Below, piece by piece: positions 46,840 to 55,802 of a stretch of DNA of 64,000 nt (the first letter of the stretch is position 1; each line of letters starts with the position of its first letter). Below the pieces are notes generated by a model. It was not told the origin of the DNA. It worked only from the letters and a program-made list of their open reading frames with translations, and did not search any database. Both the position numbers and the translations under genes were made by a program. The stretch comes from a virus (taxonomy: Duplodnaviria; Caudoviricetes): IMG/VR virus record IMGVR_UViG_3300033121_000493, positions 32,001-96,000 of that record, one strand, 5' to 3'.

Positions 46840-47505
46840 TCATAGCATATCTAAATCCTCATAGCTTGGTTTACGTGCCATAGCTATAACATTTACAATT
46901 TGTTGAATCTGATCTAAGTTGTTGTTGGCAACAGCCTGCGTGTACGCACCGAATAACTCTTCAAATATCTTGCTCTTCTGTTTATAGTTTACATGTAAAC
47001 TTACACCGCACTTAAACAAGCCGCCTAGCTTGTTTTGGCGTTCTTTATCTGGTATTTCGCCTACGTCTATGTTACTGATCGTTTCAATCATCAAACGAGG
47101 CCAGTACAGACGTGAAGCACTGTGATCGTTTTGTGTATAAGCTCCTGAAATCTGCGGCAAGGATTTTATCAGTAGCGCATAAAGCCAAAAAGGATTAAAA
47201 CCAATATAAGGACGTAAAACAACGTATTGCTTATAGCAGTGTTTGTGTTCACCGTCAGGCAAAGTATCGACTATGCCAACACCTAAATTTTTATAGTAAA
47301 ATGGCATTGTTAACGAGAGCACGCCGTATACCAACACTGTATCGTTTAATTTGACATCTAATCTCCCACGCTCACGACTGTCCACAGGGTCATTAGTGTA
47401 CTTAAATCCGTACTTATTAAAGTTTTTAAGGCTTATTGTACGCGAAGTGGGATCATCTACACCTGATCCTGATAATAAAAGTTGGTACAAATGGCCTAGT
47501 TTCAT
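46840..47505 (-). CDS. Type I restriction specificity subunit (HsdS)-like, single TRD
   Basis: MKLGHL..LLSG; VKLNDTVLV; GVGIV; YVVLRP...NPFWLYALL; ISNIDVGEIPDKERQNKLG followed by a helix. Confidence 0.55.
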   Translation of the reverse strand: MKLGHLYQLLLSGSGVDDPTSRTISLKNFNKYGFKYTNDPVDSRERGRLDVKLNDTVLVYGVLSLTMPFYYKNLGVGIVDTLPDGEHKHCYKQYVVLRPYIGFNPFWLYALLIKSLPQISGAYTQNDHSASRLYWPRLMIETISNIDVGEIPDKERQNKLGGLFKCGVSLHVNYKQKSKIFEELFGAYTQAVANNNLDQIQQIVNVIAMARKPSYEDLDML

Positions 47506-47684
47506 TTGTCATCAAAAAATAAGAGACGTACAATATTTAATTGTTTAAACACAGTCCAGTGTGTCACGCTACGCACATTAGTTGCAGGGTTGCGTAACTC
47601 CATTGCGTAGTGTAAAGGTCTGTAGAAACCCATTTGACTACAAATATCCTTTCTCAGTTCACTGACAGTGATGTGTCTAGGCAT
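47502..47684 (-). CDS. Small hypothetical protein (array edge)
   Basis: Coupled ORF. Confidence 0.4.
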   Translation of the reverse strand: MPRHITVSELRKDICSQMGFYRPLHYAMELRNPATNVRSVTHWTVFKQLNIVRLLFFDDK

Positions 47685-47921
47685 TTAATAGCAATCTTTT
47701 AACGTCTCAAAAATATATTGTATGTGTGATATGTTGCGTGTACAGCGGCTTAACAAAACAGTATGAATGATTCTGCTATAGGCAAACATACGTTTTAGCC
47801 GTATAATATGGATACTAAAATAAGAACGCGCAAACGACTTAGGATAAATTGAATAATGTAATATATGAGTGAATCGGTGGTGTATGTTAATATGCTTAGA
47901 TTCATGCCATCTACGCGCCAC
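47685..47921 (-). CDS. Small paralog-array protein
   Basis: GGAGG SD; ESKHINI motif. Confidence 0.55.
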   Translation of the reverse strand: MARRWHESKHINIHHRFTHILHYSIYPKSFARSYFSIHIIRLKRMFAYSRIIHTVLLSRCTRNISHIQYIFETLKDCY

Positions 47922-47949
47922 GTTACCTCCTAAGATTAAACCTGGCTAG

Positions 47950-48150
47950 CTATATAGCATAAAGCGTTTTTGAAATCACTGATTTAATTACATCGGCGCT
48001 TCTGCTGTTAATAATCCCTTGTTGCGCAGAAAATTTTGTAATAACTGAATCAAATTCTTCTGCAAGAACATCAAAATCATAGCATACAGAATTGTTATAT
48101 TGCTTTACCCAGTCTGAACAGCTAAATTGTATAGCGTAACTATTTGCCAT
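47950..48150 (-). CDS. Small paralog-array protein
   Basis: NSYAIQF motif. Confidence 0.55.
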   Translation of the reverse strand: MANSYAIQFSCSDWVKQYNNSVCYDFDVLAEEFDSVITKFSAQQGIINSRSADVIKSVISKTLYAI

Positions 48151-48388
48151 ATAGAATATGCCCTAACCGCATTCGTACAGCGTTGCCTTGCTCTTCTGCA
48201 TGAACAAAGACCATAGCTTGTGCGGCTGAGTTGTTGAATGCTACGTAGTTATGCCGAAAATGATAGTGTACAAGTGAAATATTACACCAACATTTATATT
48301 TGGTATGCCAGACGATAAACACGCCACCAGATACGCGACAGTTAATCTCACAACTGCGATCAGTCTGTATTGCCATACATGACGTCAT
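48140..48388 (-). CDS. Small paralog-array protein (QTD subfamily)
   Basis: MAIQTDRSCEINC. Confidence 0.6.
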   Translation of the reverse strand: MTSCMAIQTDRSCEINCRVSGGVFIVWHTKYKCWCNISLVHYHFRHNYVAFNNSAAQAMVFVHAEEQGNAVRMRLGHILYGK

Positions 48389-48611
48389 CCATTATGGTTA
48401 GTAAGGCGTCCTCCAATACGTCGTAAACATTGCGTACAGCACTGGAATTCCCCCAAAATCTAATACTAAACTTATCCATACGATGTTTATTAATTTTGGC
48501 AATTTCAGTGCTACTTATATCGTCTTCTAAATAATAGCTTATAGCTTTAAAGTTCACACTAAATACGACGCCGCGCGACAAATCAGTCTGCATTGCTATA
48601 CACCACGTCAC
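48360..48611 (-). CDS. Small paralog-array protein (QTD subfamily)
   Basis: MQTDLSRGVVF; recent duplicate of 48583..48834. Confidence 0.65.
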   Translation of the reverse strand: MTWCIAMQTDLSRGVVFSVNFKAISYYLEDDISSTEIAKINKHRMDKFSIRFWGNSSAVRNVYDVLEDALLTIMDDVMYGNTD

Positions 48612-48834
48612 TGAATACGTTACGTAGCACTGAGTCTAAAGTAGTGCGAATACTACGCGCGGTGCTGTGGCTTGGCACAAGCTTACTGATAAACTTATTA
48701 CAAAAATCATACATGCGGCGTCTGTGAATTTTGACAATTTCAGTGTTATTTATGTCGTCGTCTAGATAGTAGCCTATAGCTTTAAAGCATACGGCAAATA
48801 CGATACTGCGGGATAGATCAGTCTGTATTGCCAT
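48583..48834 (-). CDS. Small paralog-array protein (QTD subfamily)
   Basis: MAIQTDLSRSIVF. Confidence 0.65.
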   Translation of the reverse strand: MAIQTDLSRSIVFAVCFKAIGYYLDDDINNTEIVKIHRRRMYDFCNKFISKLVPSHSTARSIRTTLDSVLRNVFSDVVYSNAD

Positions 48835-48835
48835 A

Positions 48836-49072
48836 CTAGGTGTCCTCTGTTGGGTCGTATAGTGAGCTACGTATTGTATAGCCTATACGCTGTATAACGT
48901 TACCAGTTATCTCCCTGCGAGATCTATTATTTTTTGTTTGCAGCTCTATAAAGGCTGACAACAATTTATTAGGGGTTAAAAGCGAGAATACGTGGCCGTG
49001 TTTGGGCGTATTCGGGAATATTGGAGCGAAAGTTATGAAACTGATATAAACCGCAACTTCAAAGCTAGTCAT
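48836..49072 (-). CDS. Small paralog-array protein
   Basis: MTSFEVAVYI. Confidence 0.55.
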   Translation of the reverse strand: MTSFEVAVYISFITFAPIFPNTPKHGHVFSLLTPNKLLSAFIELQTKNNRSRREITGNVIQRIGYTIRSSLYDPTEDT

Positions 49073-49293
49073 AATGAAATACAGCCGTACACAGTACTAC
49101 GAAACACATGCAGAGTCTTATCTCTAACGACGTTACATAAATTTCTATTGCGGCTTTGTAAATCTACAAATCTACGCAATAGACTACTAGAAGATAAAGT
49201 AATGCTGTGGCAGCGACGCCGTGTTAATCCGACATTTATTACACCTATATGCGTAGTACCACAGACAAATTCTAATTCAACGCTAACTGTCAC
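49069..49293 (-). CDS. Small paralog-array protein
   Basis: VSVELEF; similar to its neighbour (LLRRFVDLQSRN versus LLSAFIELQTKN). Confidence 0.55.
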   Translation of the reverse strand: MTVSVELEFVCGTTHIGVINVGLTRRRCHSITLSSSSLLRRFVDLQSRNRNLCNVVRDKTLHVFRSTVYGCISL

Positions 49294-49498
49294 AACGGAC
49301 CTCTAGCAGTATGGTTATTAGTTTGTCTAGCTGTATATAGCTAGCCGCAGACCGGTCTCTAATACCAAATACTCTATTTTCCAACTTACACGGCGGTGTA
49401 AATATTTGCCACGATAAAAGCAATTTCTTGTTATTTCTTTCGGCTGATTTAATGTATAGTCTAGTAGAGTATCCGCTAATGTAGATTGGTGTGGCCAC
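49283..49498 (-). CDS. Small hypothetical array protein
   Basis: Coupled ORF. Confidence 0.45.
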   Translation of the reverse strand: MATPIYISGYSTRLYIKSAERNNKKLLLSWQIFTPPCKLENRVFGIRDRSAASYIQLDKLITILLEVRCDS

Positions 49499-49501
49499 GC
49501 T

Positions 49502-49774
49502 TTACTCAGTAAACCAATTAACCGCTAGCACGGCTAAAATATTCATAAGTCTATTTCTTAAACCCGTAGCTCGTATCGCGTACGTACCTAGTTTGGTACG
49601 CAGTAGGATATCTTCATCGGGCTTTGCGGTTTCTGTTAACCCAATAAAACGAGCTTTTACTCCGTCCCTGTCATCCACGAAAAAGCATAAAGCGTAAACG
49701 TTATTTTTACGCGTAGAATAACCCTCTTGCAAGATAATCGCGCTAGATCTGGTTAATGATTTGTTATTTAACAA
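49502..49774 (-). CDS. Small paralog-array protein
   Basis: RSSAIIL motif; coupled. Confidence 0.5.
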   Translation of the reverse strand: MLNNKSLTRSSAIILQEGYSTRKNNVYALCFFVDDRDGVKARFIGLTETAKPDEDILLRTKLGTYAIRATGLRNRLMNILAVLAVNWFTE

Positions 49775-49982
49775 TGCTACCGCTTCGCGTGATCGCGTAC
49801 GAGCAAACTTGCACTAGGTCATAGCCACGGACAGGTGCTGTGTATCTAAACAAGCGCTTATCCATACATGTAACGAGCCGTAAAATATGCCGAGTACAGC
49901 AGTTGTTACGCGCTATTAGAGCTATCTCATTATTGAATCTACGTTCTGGTAAAAAATCACATGACCTTGATTCGCTACTCAC
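49764..49982 (-). CDS. Small paralog-array protein
   Basis: ESRSCDF motif. Confidence 0.5.
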   Translation of the reverse strand: MSSESRSCDFLPERRFNNEIALIARNNCCTRHILRLVTCMDKRLFRYTAPVRGYDLVQVCSYAITRSGSIVK

Positions 49983-50185
49983 TTAGCGTGGTATCCCCAT
50001 TGAAATGTCGAGCGGTGTACTGGTTCGTAGACACGCATAAGCTCTCTACGTAACGCCCGCAGCATTACTCCTGTCCTTGGGAATCTCATAGGCATACTGT
50101 AACTTTCTGGCGCAAATATATCGAAAACTTCGTTCTGTGAAAGATCATGTGGCGTTAAGTCTCTACTTTCTGCTTGCGTTTGCAT
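49979..50185 (-). CDS. Small paralog-array protein starting immediately after tRNA-Val
   Basis: MQTQAESRDL; the track start (50233) lies inside the tRNA. Confidence 0.5.
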   Translation of the reverse strand: MQTQAESRDLTPHDLSQNEVFDIFAPESYSMPMRFPRTGVMLRALRRELMRVYEPVHRSTFQWGYHAK

Positions 50186-50187
50186 AC

Positions 50188-50261
50188 TCGGCGCGACAGG
50201 ACTCGAACCTGCGACCCCCTGGGTGTAAACCAAGTGCTCTAGCCAGCTGAGCTACGCGCCA
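50188..50261 (-). tRNA. tRNA-Val(UAC), CCA not encoded
   Basis: Cloverleaf with D arm AGCTCAGCTGGCTAGAGC, anticodon arm CTTGG-TTTACAC-CCAGG, T arm GGTTCGAGTCC. Confidence 0.92.
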
Positions 50262-50265
50262 TTAG

Positions 50266-50340
50266 TCTAGGTAACTGGATTCGAACCAGCGGCCTCCTGA
50301 CCCCAAATCAGGCGCTCTAGCCAGACTGAGCTATACCTAG
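50266..50340 (-). tRNA. tRNA-Pro(UGG), CCA not encoded
   Basis: CTAGGTA/TACCTAG acceptor stem, anticodon arm CCTGA-TTTGGGG-TCAGG, T arm GGTTCGAATCC. Confidence 0.92.
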
Positions 50341-50368
50341 ATATCGAAGCACAATACAGCACATGTTG

Positions 50369-50638
50369 TTAAGCGTATACCTTACGCGACTGTACAGCAG
50401 ACAGTACAGCATCTTCTATCTCATCGCACAAGCTTATTATCATGTCATCCATTGTAGGGCTTATCTTCCAGGACAAGAGCCAATTCAACTTTGGCATTAA
50501 CCTATTTAATGACGCAGTGTGCGCGGCATATACCATTACTATGTCATACGCTCTAACGGTTTCTCGAAGTTGTAAGCTTGCCTGAAACGGGCTAGCATCA
50601 TACGCAAAGCGTACACCGAGACAGTTGTCAGCAGGCAA
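50369..50638 (-). CDS. Small paralog-array protein
   Basis: NCLGVRF motif; GGAG SD. Confidence 0.5.
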   Translation of the reverse strand: MPADNCLGVRFAYDASPFQASLQLRETVRAYDIVMVYAAHTASLNRLMPKLNWLLSWKISPTMDDMIISLCDEIEDAVLSAVQSRKVYA

Positions 50639-51112
50639 TTACATATCTCCAGCAACCAAGTGAAACCACGTCTAAGATAAACCGCCGCACAGCCACCATA
50701 TAAAAACAGCAATTGTAATTATCATTATAGCTATAAGTGCGTCAGCACATTTTGCCGCTAGACGATTATTACGCTCATCGTCTGTCACGGGATGTTATCC
50801 TTGTGATCCAAAAATATCAATTCCAAATATCCCCAACTGGACATTTATGATTTCTCTGATCAGATAGTACCAGAAATCCGGCATAGGGTGCGTTTGCATT
50901 TGTGTCTCCTTACGCGTAGCGCGCTACCGCTTTGGAAAACGGCGAATTCCAAAAACATGTGTATGCAATTTATCAACGACAGAGTCAATCTTAGTTTTGT
51001 CTTGAGTATCGTAGTTACCGTTAGCAATATCGCTCTGAATCTTAGCCACCATTGCTCGGCGAGTCACCAGTACGTCTGACATACGCACATCGCGTTTCAT
51101 ACTGACTCCTTT

Positions 51113-51595
51113 TTACAGATAACTGCTGTCTTGCCCGCGTTTGCGCTGCTGCAGTTTGACAATTTCAAGCATCAATTCTGCAATTTCATCGGCTGACAAC
51201 TTATCAATAGCTTCCAAAATACCGGCAGCGGCAGTCTTGCATTCCGCAGACCTGCACGTCTCTTCAGTTGAGTTTAGCAAATTACTAACTACATTACCAA
51301 GTGTAGAAAAGCAAGTTTTGTACTCGCTGTCACCTTCAATAGTAAATGTCCACTCGATACCTTTGTTTGTTACTTTGCCTACAGCGGCCTTCAAGTCGAT
51401 GCTGGATATGAACATTACTACTGCGCCACAAGGTAGCTCAACTGGCTTTCGCGTGTCCAGGAATCTACCTTCAAAGTCAAACCCTGTCTTTGCCGGAAGC
51501 TTAACGGCAGTGATATGCCGGTAGTAGTATTTATGAAGACCTTTACCCATGATATTTTGGGCATACGGACAAGGGTCAAGTTGGATTTTCGGCAC
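51113..51595 (-). CDS. Hypothetical phage protein
   Basis: 160 aa with TGFDFEGRFL; not an array-family member. Confidence 0.65.
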   Translation of the reverse strand: MPKIQLDPCPYAQNIMGKGLHKYYYRHITAVKLPAKTGFDFEGRFLDTRKPVELPCGAVVMFISSIDLKAAVGKVTNKGIEWTFTIEGDSEYKTCFSTLGNVVSNLLNSTEETCRSAECKTAAAGILEAIDKLSADEIAELMLEIVKLQQRKRGQDSSYL

Positions 51596-51599
51596 AGGT

Positions 51600-51896
51600 T
51601 TAGCCTTTTGTCTTGGGCTTTGTGTGTTTTTTGCGTGGACGTACTGTCATATAGGTACTGACGTTAGGCGAGAACTGGCGTAGCTTGTCGTTCACAATAT
51701 GATCCATTGATTGAGTATTCATACGCATATGAATAGACCTAGACATACCGCCAGCATACGAAAAATGCATTAGATCACTTATTTTTATGGCTATCGCAAA
51801 CGATATATCCTTGGCAATAAAAATTGGTATAGAATAATAGTCGGCATAGCTACATCTACTTAGGGCAGAACGCAGATAGTGAGGGACGTTACTCAC
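51600..51896 (-). CDS. Small hypothetical protein
   Basis: VPHYL N-terminus shared with neighbour VPYYL. Confidence 0.5.
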   Translation of the reverse strand: MSNVPHYLRSALSRCSYADYYSIPIFIAKDISFAIAIKISDLMHFSYAGGMSRSIHMRMNTQSMDHIVNDKLRQFSPNVSTYMTVRPRKKHTKPKTKG

Positions 51897-52137
51897 GACT
51901 GAATAGCCCAGGATATTCGAATTTACACCAAACCTTAAACAGTTGCCTGTGCATAGTACTAATTACATGTGCCCTACGGCGAGATGTTAATTGCTTATTT
52001 ATATCCATCACCCGATAAACATTCAGTTGCACTTGAATCGATGTTTGTTTGGCAGCAGGACCGTCGATAGCTGCTTTAATGACATCCACTTCGTACGCTG
52101 TGTGCTGTAGATAATAGGGAACTATAGCGGAGCTCAC
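51889..52137 (-). CDS. Small hypothetical protein
   Basis: GTGA coupling to the HAD gene. Confidence 0.5.
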   Translation of the reverse strand: MSSAIVPYYLQHTAYEVDVIKAAIDGPAAKQTSIQVQLNVYRVMDINKQLTSRRRAHVISTMHRQLFKVWCKFEYPGLFSRE

Positions 52138-52547
52138 TGGCCACTAGACTCTTCATACGTTTTTTTACGCTGCTGCAATTTTTGCATTAATAGTGGCCCA
52201 ATAACTTCCCAATCTGCGCCAGGTCTAGCGCCGAGTCTGGGCAGTTCTCTCAAAGGACAACCTACGGCAGCATCGTCCACGTACAGGTTAGCAAATGCTT
52301 TAGGGCTGCTTGACCAGCTCTGTTGCGGGTTTTTGTTAACGCCCCACAGCTGGATACCGTTAGCCTCACACCATTTGACTGCGTCATCTAGTTCTTTACC
52401 AGAGCGCATAGTCCACAGGATTAACTTCGCACCGGCTGTTTGTAGCTTCACGCACCACTCAACAGCGCCCGGTATAGCTGCGCCGATATCTGGATAAACG
52501 TGGTCAACCAGCGTGCCGTCAAAATCAATAGCAACTATGAACTGCAT
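52134..52547 (-). CDS. HAD-superfamily hydrolase/phosphatase (capless)
   Basis: Motif I IDFDGTL, motif II LILWTMR, PK, motif IV YVDD. Confidence 0.85.
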   Translation of the reverse strand: MQFIVAIDFDGTLVDHVYPDIGAAIPGAVEWCVKLQTAGAKLILWTMRSGKELDDAVKWCEANGIQLWGVNKNPQQSWSSSPKAFANLYVDDAAVGCPLRELPRLGARPGADWEVIGPLLMQKLQQRKKTYEESSGQ

Positions 52548-52581
52548 TCGACATCTCCGTGTGGCGCGTTGTAGAAATTTA

Positions 52582-52806
52582 CTAGACTAGAATACATTGT
52601 GTAGCCCGCCGTAAAATGCGACCTAACGTTATGTTTAAGGGAAGATAGGTAGTACTATATTGCGTATCCACAGGTTGCACGAATTCTTGATAGAGGGGTA
52701 CACGGTGTATTGATGCGTGTGATGTGTAATACTTATGTAACACCTCGCCGCTTATCTCGGTCACGTAGATCGCTACTTCATAACTTTTGCTGGGCTTTGT
52801 CCTCAT
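52582..52806 (-). CDS. Small paralog-array protein (PSKSYE subfamily)
   Basis: PSKSYEVAIYVT...YLPLNITLG. Confidence 0.65.
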   Translation of the reverse strand: MRTKPSKSYEVAIYVTEISGEVLHKYYTSHASIHRVPLYQEFVQPVDTQYSTTYLPLNITLGRILRRATQCILV

Positions 52807-53041
52807 GAGTTACCTCTGGTGTACTCAACTTAGCAATGCTACGCCGTAAAACGTGACCTAACGTTCTGTTTAAAGGAAGATAGGTATTACTATACCGCGT
52901 CCCTGTAGGCGATGCTATGTTTGGGCAGACGCGTATATAGTAGATTATTATGTCCGATATCTCGTGTAGATACCATGTAATTTCGCCTACATTGGTCACG
53001 TAGATTGCTATTTCATAACTTTTGCTGGGCATTGTCCCCAT
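52778..53041 (-). CDS. Small paralog-array protein (PSKSYE subfamily)
   Basis: PSKSYEIAIYVT...YLPLNRTLG. Confidence 0.65.
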   Translation of the reverse strand: MGTMPSKSYEIAIYVTNVGEITWYLHEISDIIIYYIRVCPNIASPTGTRYSNTYLPLNRTLGHVLRRSIAKLSTPEVTHEDKAQQKL

Positions 53042-53261
53042 GAGTTGCCTCTGGTGTACTCAACTTAGCAACGATACGCCGTGTAATAGTGAACATTAAA
53101 GGTGCGTATAACTGATCTATCCGCATACGAACAGCACTACGCCAATCCCACGACGTTATAATCCTACATGCAAATGATCGATTGGCAAATCGGCTCTTAA
53201 CGACGGCTGCAGGTACGTGGCTTGAATCGTATATTACAAAAACGAGACTATCGCTTAGCAC
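53013..53261 (-). CDS. Small paralog-array protein
   Basis: Shares the AKLSTPE.TH.D.AQQKL tail with 52778..53041. Confidence 0.6.
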   Translation of the reverse strand: MLSDSLVFVIYDSSHVPAAVVKSRFANRSFACRIITSWDWRSAVRMRIDQLYAPLMFTITRRIVAKLSTPEATHGDNAQQKL

Positions 53262-53490
53262 CTAGGTACCTTGCAACCTTAGTCCATAACCTGTATGTGG
53301 CGTTTGATAATCTACTGGCTATTGGTGTACCTGTCCTAACGTTGCCTATTGCACATAGGTGCTCGAATGATGTACCCAATACAATACCAATTAATATACA
53401 GTCATTATTAGTACTGCTAATGGTCGCTGAACCGCTAGAGTAGTAGAAGACATTAAACACTACCCCACGTGAGTTAGACGACTTAGTCAA
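53248..53490 (-). CDS. Small paralog-array protein
   Basis: NSRGVVFNV. Confidence 0.6.
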   Translation of the reverse strand: MTKSSNSRGVVFNVFYYSSGSATISSTNNDCILIGIVLGTSFEHLCAIGNVRTGTPIASRLSNATYRLWTKVARYLGAKR

Positions 53491-53713
53491 GTTTACGTTT
53501 GAACCCCTTTTTTACACGCAGTTCGAGCCTGTATAGCGTTGGTAATAGCAAGTCGCGCGTAGAGCTGTTAAGTGAATTATGACGATACAACTTTGAAAAA
53601 GAGTATGCGGCAGCAACATGTACTGCGATTGACTTAGAGTTACTATACTTACGCATATATCTGTTAACCGGAGCAAATGCCAATACGTTGAACTCAACTC
53701 CTTTGGATTTCAT
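53483..53713 (-). CDS. Small paralog-array protein
   Basis: KSKGVEFNV. Confidence 0.6.
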   Translation of the reverse strand: MKSKGVEFNVLAFAPVNRYMRKYSNSKSIAVHVAAAYSFSKLYRHNSLNSSTRDLLLPTLYRLELRVKKGFKRKLD

Positions 53714-53979
53714 CGAAATCTGGCTATAAGCAATTGGCAGCTATATAGTATAATAGTATTCGCTCTAAACGCCATACGCAACGTACGACCTATAACCCGT
53801 GAGTACATTGGTACCACAGCTGGCGTATCACAAAACGATACCCAATATTCTACGATTCGGCAAGCTGGATAGTCTTCTTTACCTGTGCTACGCTCTCCTG
53901 CAGCAGCGAAAAATTTAACACATAGACTAGCGTGAGGCACAGTGCAATATCCCCGCACATACGGATACAATACAAGCAC
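53710..53979 (-). CDS. Small paralog-array protein
   Basis: ASLCVKF; true start probably internal. Confidence 0.5.
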   Translation of the reverse strand: MLVLYPYVRGYCTVPHASLCVKFFAAAGERSTGKEDYPACRIVEYWVSFCDTPAVVPMYSRVIGRTLRMAFRANTIILYSCQLLIARFR

Positions 53980-54202
53980 TTGCGTTATTAACTATAGTTA
54001 ATATATTCCACGCCGCTAAGCTATGGCCGTCGCCATCAAACCCATGAGCTAGCGAACACGATATAATCCACACATGTTTATTGCGGATTACTAATACAAC
54101 ACCAGTATTAGGCTCTTCAGTCCAGTTATCTCGTACCGCCGCTCGTATTTCTAAAGTATTAGCTGCGCAGCTCGTCAATAGCACTCCCGTTTCTAAACTC
54201 AT
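53927..54202 (-). CDS. Small hypothetical array protein
   Basis: Coupled ORF. Confidence 0.45.
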   Translation of the reverse strand: MSLETGVLLTSCAANTLEIRAAVRDNWTEEPNTGVVLVIRNKHVWIISCSLAHGFDGDGHSLAAWNILTIVNNASACIVSVCAGILHCASR

Positions 54203-54419
54203 ACCTCAAATAGTCTATTAGTCGTATGACTAGCCGCCTGTAGCCGCTATATACATTTATCGAAACATCGCTAAATATAAAATTTGTTGGATAGTAGGCT
54301 ATAGCGTACACGACGCCAGTAGTTTGCCAATACCAAGTATGTATTGGGCTAACACTATCACCGATTCTTTGATATCGTACGCGGAATTGAACTGTTAACG
54401 ATTTACTATGCACGGCCAC
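54159..54419 (-). CDS. Small paralog-array protein
   Basis: SKSLTVQF. Confidence 0.55.
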   Translation of the reverse strand: MAVHSKSLTVQFRVRYQRIGDSVSPIHTWYWQTTGVVYAIAYYPTNFIFSDVSINVYSGYRRLVIRLIDYLRYEFRNGSAIDELRS

Positions 54420-54706
54420 ACTACGGTTGTATAGATAGCTTTTAGGACATTTAGCAACAATAAATATTGATTATGCCATTGCCGGTCAGCTGCGATCTGT
54501 ATATTTGTTTGCCGGTACCAGTTAGATTTCAAAATCGGATTTACGTCTACCAAAATGTCATAATTTTTATTAACTGTTATAAACAATAACACGCGCATAT
54601 ACGGGCAAAAACCAAACACAACTACGCGCGACTTTCTCAATGTGACCAGCCCCGTCTCGTACCAGTATAGACGTCTTCCATAACCCGTAATTCTTGCCAA
54701 CGCCAC
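54395..54706 (-). CDS. Small paralog-array protein
   Basis: RKSRVVVF; true start probably ~54640. Confidence 0.5.
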   Translation of the reverse strand: MALARITGYGRRLYWYETGLVTLRKSRVVVFGFCPYMRVLLFITVNKNYDILVDVNPILKSNWYRQTNIQIAADRQWHNQYLLLLNVLKAIYTTVVWPCIVNR

Positions 54707-54873
54707 TCTTGCTTATCAATTGTAAACTGTACCCACCTGGACATATACAAAGTAAACACTTTAACTGGAGTTGCACGTGTCCTAACGGTACCATCCACAT
54801 TAGTTACTTTAATCATATCAACAGCATAATTATATCCATTAAGTTCAAATACGATTGGCTGTGATTTTACCAA
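54637..54873 (-). CDS. Small paralog-array protein
   Basis: KSQPIVF. Confidence 0.55.
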   Translation of the reverse strand: MVKSQPIVFELNGYNYAVDMIKVTNVDGTVRTRATPVKVFTLYMSRWVQFTIDKQEWRWQELRVMEDVYTGTRRGWSH

Positions 54874-55118
54874 TTTAACACTACGCTATCATGCGCACGA
54901 GTCATACAGTCATTAAGCAAATTTCTACTAGCTACGAACCATTGGAAACTAAGCACCCGGTAATATACTGATACGTCATCTACGACGAGTATTGGCTTAA
55001 AGCTCAGCTCACAGTATTCATCGCTTAGTTCGCTGTACTGACCAACTTTTAGGATAACTCTGTGTACAGGCTTAAAAACAACCAGCGGTACAAATATTAC
55101 GCTGAGTGACTTATTCAT
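54867..55118 (-). CDS. Small paralog-array protein
   Basis: NKSLSVIF; AAGGA SD. Confidence 0.6.
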   Translation of the reverse strand: MNKSLSVIFVPLVVFKPVHRVILKVGQYSELSDEYCELSFKPILVVDDVSVYYRVLSFQWFVASRNLLNDCMTRAHDSVVLNW

Positions 55119-55121
55119 TCC

Positions 55122-55349
55122 TTATCGTTTTCTATTAAACGATATACGATTTACACCACGCCGCACCAGGCGCTTAGCCAGCCAACGCATAGACGCAGCG
55201 CACATGTCCACAAAGAAAAATAGTGTGGCGCAGTTAAACACGAATGACGTAAAACCAGAGTAGGACAGCACGTACGACGCTAGAAAAAAACCAAGGCCTA
55301 GCACAACAAGCGCGGTTACATACTCACAGTCATGCATTTGCGGCTCCAT
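55122..55349 (-). CDS. Small membrane protein
   Basis: Two hydrophobic stretches and a basic tail. Confidence 0.5.
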   Translation of the reverse strand: MEPQMHDCEYVTALVVLGLGFFLASYVLSYSGFTSFVFNCATLFFFVDMCAASMRWLAKRLVRRGVNRISFNRKR

Positions 55350-55557
55350 AGACGGGGCAAGCTACGCCGGTTGCAATAGCTAAGGATAAACGATGAAACA
55401 AAGCCAAAGGAAACATAGGTAAATTGCAAAAACACGGCTTAAGTAGAGCGTATGTATAGTTAAAGCGAAATACGCGGGCATAGCTACAAGAATGACGTCC
55501 GGAGGCGTCACCCCAGCGTAAGCTAAACGTTACGTCGAGAGATTTATCTACCGGCAT
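55330..55557 (-). CDS. Small paralog-array protein
   Basis: DKSLDVTF. Confidence 0.55.
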   Translation of the reverse strand: MPVDKSLDVTFSLRWGDASGRHSCSYARVFRFNYTYALLKPCFCNLPMFPLALFHRLSLAIATGVACPVYGAANA

Positions 55558-55802
55558 AACGAGATGCGCAATAGCCTAAGCCATGTTTTATTCTCTACAA
55601 TGAAATAAGGCGATCCTCTTACGACAATCTTCATATCAAACATGCTAAGACTTACTGTATTAAGTAAACACACTAGGTATCTATGGTCACTCCCATGAAA
55701 TGGGTAACCTGTTTTAGAAATTGTCGACGGGGAGGCGCGGTGCACATTAGGTATATCAAACTTAATCTCTTTACTGTGCATCTGACAGGCTGTCTGATTC
55801 AA
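55548..55802 (-). CDS. Small paralog-array protein
   Basis: HSKEIKF. Confidence 0.55.
   Translation of the reverse strand: MNQTACQMHSKEIKFDIPNVHRASPSTISKTGYPFHGSDHRYLVCLLNTVSLSMFDMKIVVRGSPYFIVENKTWLRLLRISLCR

Noticed and set aside
50186-50233. N-terminal extension MVYTQGVAGSSPVAP of ORF 49979..50233
   Set aside because: It is a translation of tRNA-Val sequence
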